64,000 bases of DNA from Lama guanicoe (lineage: Eukaryota), in NCBI GenBank assembly GCA_013239625.1, contig MU053557.1, positions 6,025,842 through 6,089,841 on the forward strand. Direction: 5' to 3'. The notes below the pieces were generated by a model, which saw nothing but the letters and a program-made list of their open reading frames with translations, had not been told where the DNA came from and ran no database searches. Position 1 is the first letter of the stretch. Each line of letters opens with the position of its first letter. Made by a program: the position numbers and the translations under genes. This document shows positions 28,500 to 41,170 of the stretch, in pieces.

Positions 28500-31400
28500 C
28501 AAAAGGGAACCCATGCAGGAGCCAGCAGACTTCCACAGTGGAAGAGAAAGAACTAACAGTACAGAGAGACCAAGGCAGCTATATTCAGAGAGCAGAGGAC
28601 CAAAGAGGAGAACACTGCACAGAAAGACAGCTCCAGAGACTTGCAGAGGGTCCACTTCAGATATTCAGCTGAGTAATGGTCAGTGCATGTATGTAAGGAA
28701 AAGCAGAGTCTGGGAAAAAAGACACCAGAAAGGAAGGAGGAAACAGTAATGAGCTCACAAAAAGCCAAGATTAATGCCTGCTCCCACCAGCCAGACTGGA
28801 ACACTACAATTCATGGGGCATTGGGAAGAATACACAGAAGGGCCTTGCCTCAATAGTGGGAAATTATTAGCTCTACATTTCAATCTTGCTCTGGTGCCGC
28901 CTAACAACTGTTTCCAAGTAACTTAACTGAACTACAGAAAAAGGCTTCAAAAATATTTATTGGAACACAAAAGTATTTAGCGCCCACAAGGTAAAATTTA
29001 CATCTGCCATCAAATCAAGAATTATCATGTCTTGTTCCTGACCTATTATAACAATAATAAATCTATTATTATAGAAACTGGAGAATGATACTCATAATGA
29101 AGAGCAAAGTCAATCAAAGGAAAAAAAAACAGATCAGAATGAAAAAAGATGTTGGAAATTGTAGAGCTGAATAGTAACAAATTAATATAGATTTTATAGT
29201 CATTAAAAGGATAATATGAGAATATTATGAACAACTTTAGCCTCATAAATTTGACAAGGTAGAAAAATGAACCATTTCTTCAAACACCAAAACTCAACCA
29301 AGATGAAAAAGGACTCATCTGCAGAGTCCTATAACTATGTAAAAAGCTGATTCTTAAAGACCTTGCAAAAAAGAAAAGATGATTTCACTGGTGATGCCTA
29401 CCAAAATTTAAAGAATTAACATTGATTTTACACAATGTCTTTCAGAAAACAGAAGAGAAGGGAATATTTCCCCAATTAGTTTATAGGGAAATTATTACCA
29501 AAATAGTACAATGAATCAAAACTGCAGACCATTGTCACCCATGAACTTACACAGAAAAACCCTCAACAAAATATTAGCAAACCAAATCTAACAATCTATT
29601 AAAAGAATTATACACTATGACCAAGTGAAATGTATTCCAAGTACTCATAGCTGGCTCAAAATTAAAAATTAATTAGTTAACCTATGAGCCAACAAGATAG
29701 AAAGAAAAAGTGTATGACCATATCAATTGACAAAGAATAGACATTTGACAAAAATCCAACACTCATGCATGAATAAAACTCTCAGCAAAATAGTACAGAG
29801 AGGAATTCCTCATTATGATAAAGACCATCTCAAAAAAAAAAACCCACACAGAAAATATAATACTTAATGAAGACAGACTGAACAATTCGTCTCTTAGGTC
29901 AGGAACAAGACCATGATGTTTGCTTTCACCACTAGAAATTAACATAGTACTGGAAATTCTACCCACTAAAATAACACAAGAAAGTAAGGTTATCACAACA
30001 CTGTAAATCAACAACACTTCAATAAAAAATACATAAGATAAAAATAGAAAAAAGCAAAATTAGAAGCATATAGATCAAAAAGGAAAGAAAGCTGTTCCCA
30101 CATGCAAATAACATGAATGATTGTCTATGTAGGAAATCCAAAGGCATTTACCAAAATTATGCCTAAAACTAACAACTGAGTTCAGCAAATAACAGAATAC
30201 ATGATCAACACAAAAATCAATCATATTCTATATACTACTACTAAAAACATGGAAATGGAAATAAAAACATAAAACCATTTTTAGTCACTCCAAAGAAACT
30301 GCAGGCTTACACTTATCAAAACATGTAGGATCTTTAAGAAGAAAACTACTAAATGCCATTGAAAGAAATCAAATAATTGGAGAGACAGACCATGGTCACA
30401 GATTTGAAGACTATAAATAATATAGATTTAAATTGTCTTCAAGTTGATCTCTAGCTTTAAATTTCTTTTAAAAATTACAGCAAGTTTTTTTTTTGTAGAC
30501 TTAGACAAAACTATTTTAAAATTTACATGGAAAGGAACAGGCCCTAGAATAGCTAAAACAATCTAACAATGAAGAATAAGGTGGAAGGAATTACTCAGAC
30601 AACTTCTATTCAACATTGTATTGGAGGTTCTACATAGTGCAATAAGGTTAAAAAAATAAAGAAATTTAAAATGCCTGGTTTGGAAAGGAAAAAAATCATA
30701 TTCATTTGTAGATAACATGATCTATATAGAAAAATCCAAGGTATTCTACAAAAAAAAAAGTACTAGAACTAATTAGTAAGCTTAGGAAAGTTGAAGTATA
30801 CTAGATCAATATACAATAATTAGTTGTACTTCCATATACTATTAATAAATAATTAGAAATTAAAATTTAAAACATCTTCAGTAGAATTTTTAAATACAAA
30901 AGGTTTGGGGGCAAATCTGACAAAAGATGTGAAACACCTGTACACTGAAAACTATAGAATGATGCTAATAGAAATGAAAGAAGACTTAAATAAAAGGAGC
31001 TATGTCATGTTCAGGTTTCGGAGCCTCATCACTATTACTATGTCAAATTCTGCAAATTGATTTACAGGTTCAGTGCAATCCATTCAAAACTGCAGCAAAC
31101 TTTGGAGAAGAAACTGACAGGGAAAGAAATAAAACTGTCCCTATATGCAAAGGACAGTTTTATATTCATATAAAAGGGAAAAGAACCAAGAATTGCCAAA
31201 GCAACTTTGCAAAAAAAAAAAAAAGTTTGAGGCTTAACACTACCTAATCTCAAGACTTACTATACACACATTACAATAATAAGAGAGTGTGGTATTGGTG
31301 TAAAGACTAAAAAAATGGATAAATGAAACAGAGCACATAGTTCAGAAATACAGCCAACTAATATAATGACAACAAAAGCAATTCTGTTGGGAAAAGAATA

Positions 31401-32810
31401 GCCTTTTCAAAAAACAGTGCTGGAATAATGGGATATCTATGTTTTAAACAGAATCTCAATCCATTCTTTGTAATATATACAAAGAAATTAACTCAAAGTG
31501 GATCATAGCCCTAAATATAAAATCTGAAACTATAAAACTCCCAGAATAAAATGTAGGAGAAATCCTATGTGACTTAGGATTAAGCAAATAGTTCCTACTT
31601 GACACGAAAAGCATGAACCATAAAAGAAAAAAATGATAAATTGGACTTCTGGTCTTCAAAAGATACCACTTAAGAGAATGAAAAGACAAGTCACAGACTA
31701 GGAGAAAGTGTTTCCAAATCATATATCTAATAAAGAAACATCAGCCAGAATATATGAAGACCTCTAACTACCTCTAACTACTATTAAAAACTGAGCCAAA
31801 GATTTAAACAGACATTTCACCAAAGATATACTGACAGCAAATGAGAACATGAAAAGATATCCAATGCCATTAGTCCTCAGGGAAATGCTAATTTAAATCA
31901 CAATGAGATACCATTAATCACTTACTAAAATGACTAAAATTTTAAAAACTACTATTACCAAGTACTGGCAAGGATGTAGAGAAATGAACTTTTACACACA
32001 GCTAGTAGAATTGTAAAATGGTGCAATCCCTTTGGAAAACAGGCAATTTCTCAGGTCAAATATTCACTACCTATATGATCCAGCCATCCCATTCCTAATA
32101 TTTATCCAAGAGAATAAGAATTAGGCATGCGTGCATACAACATACATAACCAAAACTTGTGTGCATGTGAACATTTGCACAGGAATGCTCATAGCAGCTT
32201 TATTTGTAAAAGCCAAAAACTGAAAGTTAACTTAAATGTCCATCAGAGACAATTAGATAAACTGTCCATACAATGTAATACCATTCAGCAATAGAAAGGA
32301 ATGAACTCTTAGAGGGGAGGGTAGAGCTCAAGTGGTAGAGCACAATCTTAGCATGCCTGAGGCCATGGGGTCAATCCCCAGTACCTCCATTTAAAAGACA
32401 AAAATCAAATAAATATACCTAATTACCTCCTCTAACCAAAAATAAATTTTTTAAATGAAAAATAAAGGATACACACAGAAAATTACATTAAATTCAAAAT
32501 AAGTATGCTGAGTGAAAAAAATCAGTAAAAATAAGAGTATGCACTTTATGATTCTACTTACATCAAATTCTAGAAAATGCAAATGACTATATAGTGGCAG
32601 AAAGCAGGTCAGTGGTTGCCTGGGGGGACGAGATGGAGAGCCAGTAGGGGAAGAGAAATTTCCAAGGGATAAGAAGACATTTTGGGAGATGATGGACATT
32701 TTCATTATCTTGATCGTGGTGATAGTTTCACTGGTGTATACATATGCCAGTGCTATCAAACTGTGTGATTTATTGTTTGTCTATTAAACTTTAATAAATC
32801 TGCTTAAAAA
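28500..32810 (+). mobile_element. Composite old L1 (5' part, ORF2 and 3' UTR fragments)
   Basis: A-rich ORF2 signatures (cctcaacaaaatattagcaaaccaaatc, gacatttgacaaaaatccaacactcat, aattaactcaaagtggatcata) and a 3' end with poly(A) at ~32805. Confidence 0.85.
32311..32460 (+). mobile_element. tRNA-derived SINE (camelid vic-1-like)
   Basis: GGGGAGGGTAGAGCTCAAGTGGTAGAGC...GGGTCAATCCCCAGTACCTCCA plus AT-rich tail; Pol III A/B boxes. Confidence 0.85.
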
Positions 32811-33559
32811 AAAAACAAAAAACCTCTGCACCATGCCTTAAGATGCCCTACATTATCTGCTTCTTCCTCGCTTTTTTGACATCATTATAAATCACTTCCC
32901 CTCGTTCATTCCACTTCAGACATTCTTGTTCTTCCCTAATTCACCTTCACCTCAGGGCTTTTGAGAACACTCCTCTTACTAGCATACAGATTTATTCCTA
33001 CTCTCACCAAGTACCAGAGCAAGTAAGAAAGATTTAGATTATCTCCCCAAAACGAAAATACCTTTTTCTTCTGGTCTTCATTTCTATTCTGGTCATTCTT
33101 AATCCCAGTTTATCCACATGTTATAAGCTTTCTGATCTATAAAATTTTGGAATGTAATTCCACACAGGTTGTTAAACCAGTAAAACTGTTCATTCACACT
33201 ATCATTTAGTCATTCAGCAAATTTTTAGTGAACATCTACTATGTGTCATGCTCTCTTCTAGTACTTGAGCTATATCATTTTAATATAACTAAATATTCCT
33301 GTCCCAGTCATGCTTAAATGCTACCAAGATAGATAGACAATAAGCAAAATAAACTACAATGCTACAAAAGTGCCATTTAAGAAATAAAATAAAGCAAGGA
33401 TAACTAGGAATACTTGGGGGTGTCACACATGGAGGTCTGCTAGCCTTAGAGAACTGAGATGTAATTAGTCATCTAAGAACACAGTGTCATAATACAATGT
33501 AATTCTAATGTGATAAAATACTGTATGATGATAATTAAGAGTGTCTGCTCCTCCAGGCT

Positions 33560-33958
33560 ACCAGAAGAAAGAGAATAATAAAGATTAGAGCAGACATAAA
33601 CAAAATAGACAATAAAAACCAACAGAGAAAATCAATGAAACCGAGAATTAGTTCTTCAAAAAGATCAACAAAATTGGCAAACCTTTAACTAAACTGACTA
33701 AGAAAGAGAGAAAATATTCAAATAACTAAAATCAGAAATGAAAGAGGGGGCATTACAACTGATTTTACAGAATTAAAAAAGACTGTAAGAGACTATGATG
33801 AACAATTGCACACCAACGAATGGAATAATCTAGATGAAATAAACAAATTCCTGGAAACTCAAAACTTAGCAAGACTAAATAATGAAGAAATAGAATATCT
33901 GAATAGATTTAAAGCCAGTAAGGAGACTGAATAAGTAATCAAAACTTCCCCAGCAAAT
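33560..33958 (+). mobile_element. L1 ORF2 fragment abutting the PPP1R12A retrocopy
   Basis: aataaagattagagcaga...aaagatcaacaaaattggcaaacctttaa...gaagaaatagaatatctgaataga. Confidence 0.85.
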
Positions 33959-35322
33959 AACCCTGACTACAACTGCTGCTGGCACTGCTTGCTCCACATC
34001 AGAGCTTAGGGAGACACACAGGTCATACTTCACTCCTGTTCAAGATGAAGAGTTTGAATCTCAAAGGAAAGCAAGATCTACACAAGCAGGACAGTCTAGA
34101 AGATCAACTCAGGGGGGTGACAATGACTGATCTTCAGGAAGCTGAAAAAAACAATAGCAAGAATCATTATACCCAAATCAGAGAACAAGAAAATGGAGAA
34201 AAAGAGAAACAAGATAAAGAGAAGCAAGAAGAAAAGAAGGAATCAGAAACATCTAGAGAAGATGAATATAAGCAAAAGTACTCCAGGATATAATATACGA
34301 TGAGACTTCTCAGCCTTATAGACCACAGTCAACCTCAAGCTCCACTCCACCCTACTCACTTTCTACCATGAGCAGTTCACTCTATGGTTCAAGTCAACTA
34401 AACAGGCCAAATAATCTTGTAGGTATATTTCTGCTTCTTCCAGAGATTAACAAAAGAAAAAGAGAGAGAGAAGAGAGTAGAGGGAAAAGAAGGAGAAAAT
34501 AAATCACAACCTAAATCAATCAGAGAAGGACAGTGATCAAGATCCACAGGAGTTTCACTTGCGACACAAGACAGCGACGAGAATGAAAAAGGTACAGAAG
34601 AGGATTCCAATAAGAAAGAAACTCGGATTCCATTTCTAGATGTAAAACAAGTTTCATGTCAGCTCGTGATTGGTATGATTCCTTGTCGGGTTGCTCTGGA
34701 TCATACCGTTACTTAGAAAAAAGAAAGATTTAAAAGTAGTAGGCTAGAAAGGGGTGACTCCACTGACTTTAAAAAGCATTAAGAACAAATTGTAACTGAA
34801 AATGAAAAGCTGAAAGCACAGCGACATGATACAAATATGGAACGGACAGGTCTTAAATTTCCAATGGAAAAGACCACCCAGCGACAAGAAAGATTTGCAG
34901 AGAGGTTATTAATGGAAATGGGGGAAAGGGAACTAAGCTCTAAAAAGGAGAATATCTGAATCGAAAGAAGAGCTCAACATGTCACCAGATCTAACGCAGA
35001 AAACCAGAGCCTAAAGGATGAAAATGGGGCCTTGATCAGAGTCATTGCAATCTTTTCAAATTAACTCAGAAGCAGCAAGTAATGGAATTGCACATATTTG
35101 TAACCCAGTGTACCATAACTCAAAGTCACTGGAAACCTGGGAAGAATTTCTGGAGACGACCACTTTTGGGATATCCTGCCAAATGCCCACTTATCTGGGA
35201 TTTTTCTTTCACTTGTTTAATTTTTTTTCTTGTATCAAGGCCATTGTTTCACGTTAAGGCAGGTGCTGAGAAGTGGGTTGTATGATTTTTCAAAAATAGC
35301 TGAGAAAACATGTTTACACCTC
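33959..35322 (+). pseudogene. PPP1R12A: Processed pseudogene of PPP1R12A/MYPT1, 5'-truncated: C-terminal coding part and start of 3' UTR
   Basis: Intronless, frameshifted match to MYPT1: SYFTPVQDEEFESQRKARS, SRRSTQG, TDLQEAEK, EKQDKEKQEEKKESETSREDEYKQKYSR, STGVS, ENEKLKAQ, NQSLKDENGALIRVI. Confidence 0.93.
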
Positions 35323-37497
35323 TGTAGGCCCCTAACTGTGGGAACAAAGGAACGAGCCTTGGGCCGGAAGGGTAAACAAGTTATAAAAAGCTGCAGACTC
35401 AGAGGTGAGAAGGCTGGTTAGCTAGCCAAGGACGGGTAAGATCCCCAGAGGCGGGCAACCTGAGGCAGGCACAGCCGCCTGAGTCCAAGAAGAATGTTGT
35501 GAAGCAGCCGTTTCTCATACATTCTGCCTTGATAAGCTGTAAGGCTCGCTGGTGCCAACATGAACATGATTTACCAAAACATAAAAAGTCTTCTGACCTT
35601 GAGCCAGACACTGCCTGTTAACCATCTCCCTTGTCGTTCTTCTTTGCTACATAAGATTGTGTAACTTAATAAAGCTTCAGAGTAGCCATCAGCTCTCTCT
35701 GCATACGGTGTCTATGTGTACATGATACCGTGACACCATCATTTGGTGACCACCGATGTGATATCAGCACAGCGACTACATGTAAGTAAGGGGAAAAATT
35801 TATATCAGGGATTTTTCAGCCTATCAGGTGTGCCGCGAACTAACCATGGGACAGCAGCTGACAGTACAACAGAGGGTTTATTTAAAGGCTATTTCAAAGT
35901 GGGGCACCCTCCCAGGTGTCCCTCAAAAACAAATATAGGAAATCGCTGTCAGCCAATGTCCCATCCCACCATTTCTGACCTCATCACAGCTTCCCCCAGG
36001 AGCACGAGTTTAGATACTATTGATAATGAGTTGATAAGTAACAGTAATAAAACCTATTTAATCTCTACTGGAGTCTGGGGACCTTTACTTTCTGGGTATT
36101 TTGGAGTGTTAATAGGGAGATCATCTGTGGGCTTAAAAGGGTTAACAGTTTTACCTGGTGTTATTGATAATGATTATACTGGAGAAATTAAAATTATTGT
36201 TCATGCCTCTTATTACATTACTCCTAAGCAATCTCAAATTGCTCAAACTATTTTAATACCTTATTTACCGGCTCAAAAATTTGCTAAAAATAATAGAGGA
36301 GATAAGGGCTTCGGAAAGGACAGCAAGCTTTTTGGACACATTCATTAACTGGTAACAGACCTATATTAACAGTTTCGATACAAGAAAAGCAATTTACGGG
36401 GTTATTGGACACAGGAGTGGACAAAACTATTATTTCTAGTTTTCATTGGCCTTCTGATTGGCAAAAACACAAATCTGATGTTACTGTACAAAGAGTTTAT
36501 AGACTAATGGCACCTAAAATAAGTTCTCACCCACTAGAGGTCCGAGGGCCTAAAAATAAAATGGCCTTTGTAACTTCTTTTATATTACCAATACCCTGCA
36601 CTCTGTGGGGCAAGGACCTTCTTGCTCAGTAAAACCTAACCTTAAAGATTGATCCTTTTTAATAGGGACTGCCGCTACTATCCCAAATATTATCCCCATT
36701 GCTCTAACATGGACCCAATAACAACCTATTTGGATGGAGCAATGGCCCCTTCCTAAAGAAAAACTACAAGCATTACAAAAACTGGTTGCAAAACAACAAA
36801 AGTTGGGTCATTTAAAACCTTCTACTAGTCCTTGAAACACACCTGTTTTTGTAATCAAGAAAAAAATTTTAAAAATGGAGGTTATTGCAAGATTTGCGTG
36901 CTATAAATGCTATATTGCAACCTATGGGACCCTTACAGAAGGGGCTACCCAATCCTTCACTTATTCCTGACTCCATTGTTATTGACATAAGAAATTGTTT
37001 TTTCTCATTCCCTTTGCACAAAGCTGTTTTCATTACATGGATGACACTTTACTGGCTATGAAAGACAAACCTAATCTCCTTTTATTATTTCAAAAAACTG
37101 TTACATTTTTACAAACTAAGGGCCTTTTTGTTGCTCAAGATAAAGTACAAAAATGCAACCTTGAGAGTTTCTTGGGATAACTATTAACGCACAAACTATT
37201 AGGCCACACAATATAAAATGAGATATCAAGCCTTGTATAACATTAGTTCAATTACAACAATGGCTAGGACATATTAACTGGATCAGACCTTTTTTTAGAA
37301 GTATCTACAGTCCAATTACATCATTTATTTCAATTGTTAAAAGGAGATAAAAAACCTGCCTCATTACGTACATTAACCCCTGAAGCTACCAAAAATTTAA
37401 AAAGGTTAATAAAGCTTTAAATTGTCAATTTTTACACCAGTTGCAACCTAAATTACCTATTATTCTTATTGTTTTAAATACACTTCAGACACCTACA
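35323..37497 (+). mobile_element. Class II (betaretrovirus-like) endogenous retrovirus, internally deleted, single LTR
   Basis: LTR TGTAGG...AATAAA...CATCA (35323-35741); PBS 35744-35762; gag start MGQQLTVQQRVYLKAI at 35846; dUTPase (GRSS, GVIDNDYTGEIKI, IAQ, RGDKGFG); protease (LLDTGVD, LWGKDLL); RT ([30 protein letters not shown]). Flanked by CACCTC on both sides. Confidence 0.92.
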
Positions 37498-38508
37498 CAC
37501 CTCCAGCATATAAAATGTTTAAGGACAGATATGCCTCAGATATGCCTCAGATATTTAACCAGTAAGCCTTAGTTGTACATAAATACTTTTGTGTCAACAA
37601 AAACTTTCAGCTCTCACGAAAGACAGTTATTCAACATTTTTGGGTCTGCCACAGTTTTCAGTTTTCCAACATTTAGTTTTTTGCTTTATATCTAAGTTTG
37701 GGTTTGGGTTTTTTCTAACTCTTCACGTGGCAGACACTTCTCTGTTTTCACATCTCTATCATGTACAGAAAAGAACATATGCTTTTCTGAGATCATTGCC
37801 ATCTATAGGCTAATGCTGTTTTATCTCCCAGCTGGAAATGAATTCCTTAGTAGAACATTTGCTCTCACTGTTTGTGCAATATGCATGTATTTCTTATAGG
37901 AATGCTATAAAGTCAACTGAGATTACATTCTTTTAAGTCCTATTTTTGCCTTCATTGGGAGAATGTTTTTTCTACTGTTTATCGCTGTGTACGATGTTAG
38001 ATCCTGTAAACTTCACATTCGTTTTAGCAGCTACTAAGGATGCTGTACATATAAATGTGTTATTCGATTTTTAGACAACCACATGGAAAACTTCACTATT
38101 TTCTTATTTCAAAAATCTTTTAACACAAAGTAGGGTATTCCATAATAGTGTTAAAAACAAAAGTTACTAACAGTGTGCTATAAAGACTTTAAAAGGTACC
38201 CTTAACAAAAGTTTTCTACTGTAAAGTGCTTTTACTTTTATTTTCAGTTTTCACTTGATAGTTTTTACCATAATTTAAGCTCCATAAAATAAGTGCTTCA
38301 CACTCCACATATTTATGTTTATCTGAGTGTTGTCTAAAATTGCTGTGTGATTTTAAGTTTAGCCAAAGTAATGTTATGAGGTCCTTTGCAGACTTAACCT
38401 GTGAGTTAATATTAAATGCATTGTTATTGCCATATGAAGAGGCACTGATTTTGATACCACGAGCAGGTCCAGACTACCATATATGTATCAGTGATGTTTA
38501 AAAAAAAC
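37498..38508 (+). pseudogene. PPP1R12A: Continuation of the PPP1R12A retrocopy 3' UTR after the ERV insertion
   Basis: AT-rich, UTR-like sequence resumes exactly at the second copy of the CACCTC target-site duplication and ends in an A-run at ~38500. Identity is inferred from continuity, not from an alignment. Confidence 0.7.
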
Positions 38509-38509
38509 C

Positions 38510-39017
38510 ACACACACAAAACCTAAAAATAGACTTACCATATGCTCCAGCAATCCCACTCCTGGGCATATAGCCAGAGAGAACCTTAATTCAAAAAGAT
38601 ATATGCAACCCAATGCTCATAGCAACACTATTTACAATAGCCAAGACATGGAAACAACCTAAGTGTCCATCAACAGATGACTGGATAAAGAAGCTGTGGT
38701 ATATTTATACAAAAGAATATTACTCAGCCATAAAAAAGAATAAAATAATGCCATTTGCAGCAACACGGATGGACCTGGAGTAAGCCAGTAAGTGAAGTAA
38801 GGCAGAAAGAGGAAGAAAAATACCATATGATATCACTTTTATGTAGAATCTTAAAAAAAAACATGAACTTATTTACAAAACAGGAACAGCCTCACAGACA
38901 TAGAAAACAAACTTATGGTTACCGGCGGGGAAGGGATAAATTGGGAGTTCAAGATTTGCAGATACTAACTACCATGTATAAAATAGATAAACAACAAGTT
39001 TATACTGTGTAGCACAG
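38510..39017 (+). mobile_element. L1 ORF2-end/3' UTR fragment, truncated at both ends
   Basis: ccagcaatcccactcctgggcat, caacctaagtgtccatcaacagatga, atgccatttgcagcaac. Same family as 7595-8620 but stops at actgtgtagcacag with no poly(A). Confidence 0.9.
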
Positions 39018-40198
39018 ATGCATCCAATTATTCCCCAACCTACACAAAGGAAGAATTAGACAACGCCCAAAAATGGGGCTTCAATAGGGATTTGGGGAGC
39101 CATGAGTGGCTTCTTAATGCCCCAAACTGTAGCTTGCCCAGCCAGTGGGGAGGCCCATTAAGGAGCTCACTATGGGAAGGAAGCCTTATATAACTGGCTT
39201 CCCTATAACCCGAGCATCAAAAACATCATCAGTTGGGTAGTTGAGATCTGCCCCATTTGTGCAATAAATAACCCAACACCAGACTGCCTGGAGGCCCCCA
39301 GATAAGACCCATTCAAACCAGAGGGATATAATCTGGAGAAGGCTGGCAGACTGATTTCACTGTTAACGTTGACAGTATCAAGAAATTACATGTATCAGCA
39401 TTCACTTCTAGAACTGAAACAGCAGCCGAAGTGGCTAAGGCTAAAAGACATAATCCCCAGGTTTGGGCTCCCAGGATCCCTACAAAGCAATAATGGCCCA
39501 GCATTTGTGTCTCAAGTGACAAAGGGGATAACGAGTGTCCTGGGCATAAAATGGAACTTACACTCAGCCTAGAGACCGCAATCACTGGGGAAGGTAGAGC
39601 GATCCAATCAGACCTTGAAATGGTGCTTAGCCAAGCTATGTTAGGAAATTAAAAAAAAAAAAAAGGATTAAGTTGCTTCTGATTGCTCTGCTTCAAGTAT
39701 GGTTAGCCCCAAGAGATAAGTTTAAGTATATTTGAATTCGTGTGGTAGACCCATTCCCCAAGCCTCAAAGAAGGGATTCCTTAAACCCCTTGAAAATGGA
39801 ACAACTCACATATGCTCTCCAGGTAGGAGAAAGCATTGAAAGTCTCACAAAACATGGTAACCAGGTGCTGCCCAAACCTACTGACCTGGCCCTACATCCC
39901 TTCCAGCCAGGACACTGAGTGTACCCAAAAGCCTGGAAAACAGGAAGGCCACAAGATCAGATCACTCCTAAGGGGACGGGAATCCACTTAGTGATCCTAA
40001 ACATCCATTCTGCCCTGAAGTTGCACAGGATTACTCCGTGTGTACATGACACTCAAATGAAGTGGACTCCTGAGCCCCAACCTCCAGAGAAATAACCTGA
40101 GACAACAGACTGCACTGCCCCGCCCCACCCCGACTACACTCGTGAACCTCTCTCCGACCTAAAACTCCTTTCCTGAGAAATGGCAAAAGATAAGTAGC
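39018..40198 (+). mobile_element. Class I (gammaretrovirus-like) ERV integrase remnant
   Basis: HYGKEALY, CPICAINNP, PGEGWQTDFT, IIPRFGLPGSLQSNNGPAFVSQV, HSA*RPQSLGKVERSNQTLK, HPFQPG. Multiple stops and frameshifts. Confidence 0.88.
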
Positions 40199-41170
40199 TG
40201 TATATGCCTTGCCCAGCAGCAGGGATTTTAGGGTAACTGGACTGTCCTAGATTATCTGCTAGCTGCCCAGGGAAGGAGTCTGTGTGCTGGTCAATACATC
40301 ATGTTGCTTTTACATCAGTACTAGTGGCCTGTGGGAGCGCAAACTTGGGTTAACAAACTTTGATATTGTTAACGATTGTTTTTACCAAATCATATTCTCA
40401 CCTTTATGTAAGCACATAAGAAATGTATAATCAAAACCAATGCTTTCTATATTTGTCTTTATCCTGCTACTTCAAAGCAAAATGTCTAAGCACACAAAAG
40501 ACCGATCTCTCAGTACCAGTCATCACCTTATCTATGAAATTTAGCTTAGTTGCCTTAAAGCTGCTTTGCTCGCAGGAATCTGCTACAATCTGTCTCATTG
40601 CCACAAAAAGCAGAGACATGCTTTGCTTGCTTTGCTTAGCTCTAGGTCATAGGTTCAGGGCTGCTTGTGCTTATGGAAAATTGTAACTCGTCCCTTGCCC
40701 TTACTGGCAGGACATGCTTCACTAATCAGGCGTAGGTGGATAGAGTAGGCTGCTCTTGCTCACAGAAAACTGTGACTTAGCCCTTAGCGGGGAATAGCTG
40801 GGCTGCTTCGCATGCTTAGACAATTTTTGATCATTGTGTGGAGATTCTATGATGGTCTGGTTTTCATTGTCAATCGTTCGGAACACTATAACCTTGCTCA
40901 TGATAGTTCGAGGTTTAAAATAACCATTTGTACTATCAATTGTCTACTTCCTGAGAGATTATAATGTTTCCATTTTTCACGAACTGAAACTGCTGATCTA
41001 CATCTCTGTACATACACCATGCCCCTTACTCATTCCTATGACGTATTTTACTTTGATTCTTTAACTATTCTCAATAAATACAAGAGCTTTGGAGGAGCTT
41101 GGGGAGTTGGTCTCTGGCTCCCCCTCACTCTCTTGACTTGATAAAGTCTGAGTAATTTCATTCTTCTTCA
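40199..41170 (+). mobile_element. Probable solo LTR nested in the class I ERV
   Basis: TG...CA bounded ~970 bp non-coding block with AATAAA/GATAAA near its 3' end, interrupting the pol-env junction. Flanks GTAGC / GTGGT could be a decayed 5-bp TSD. Confidence 0.5.
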
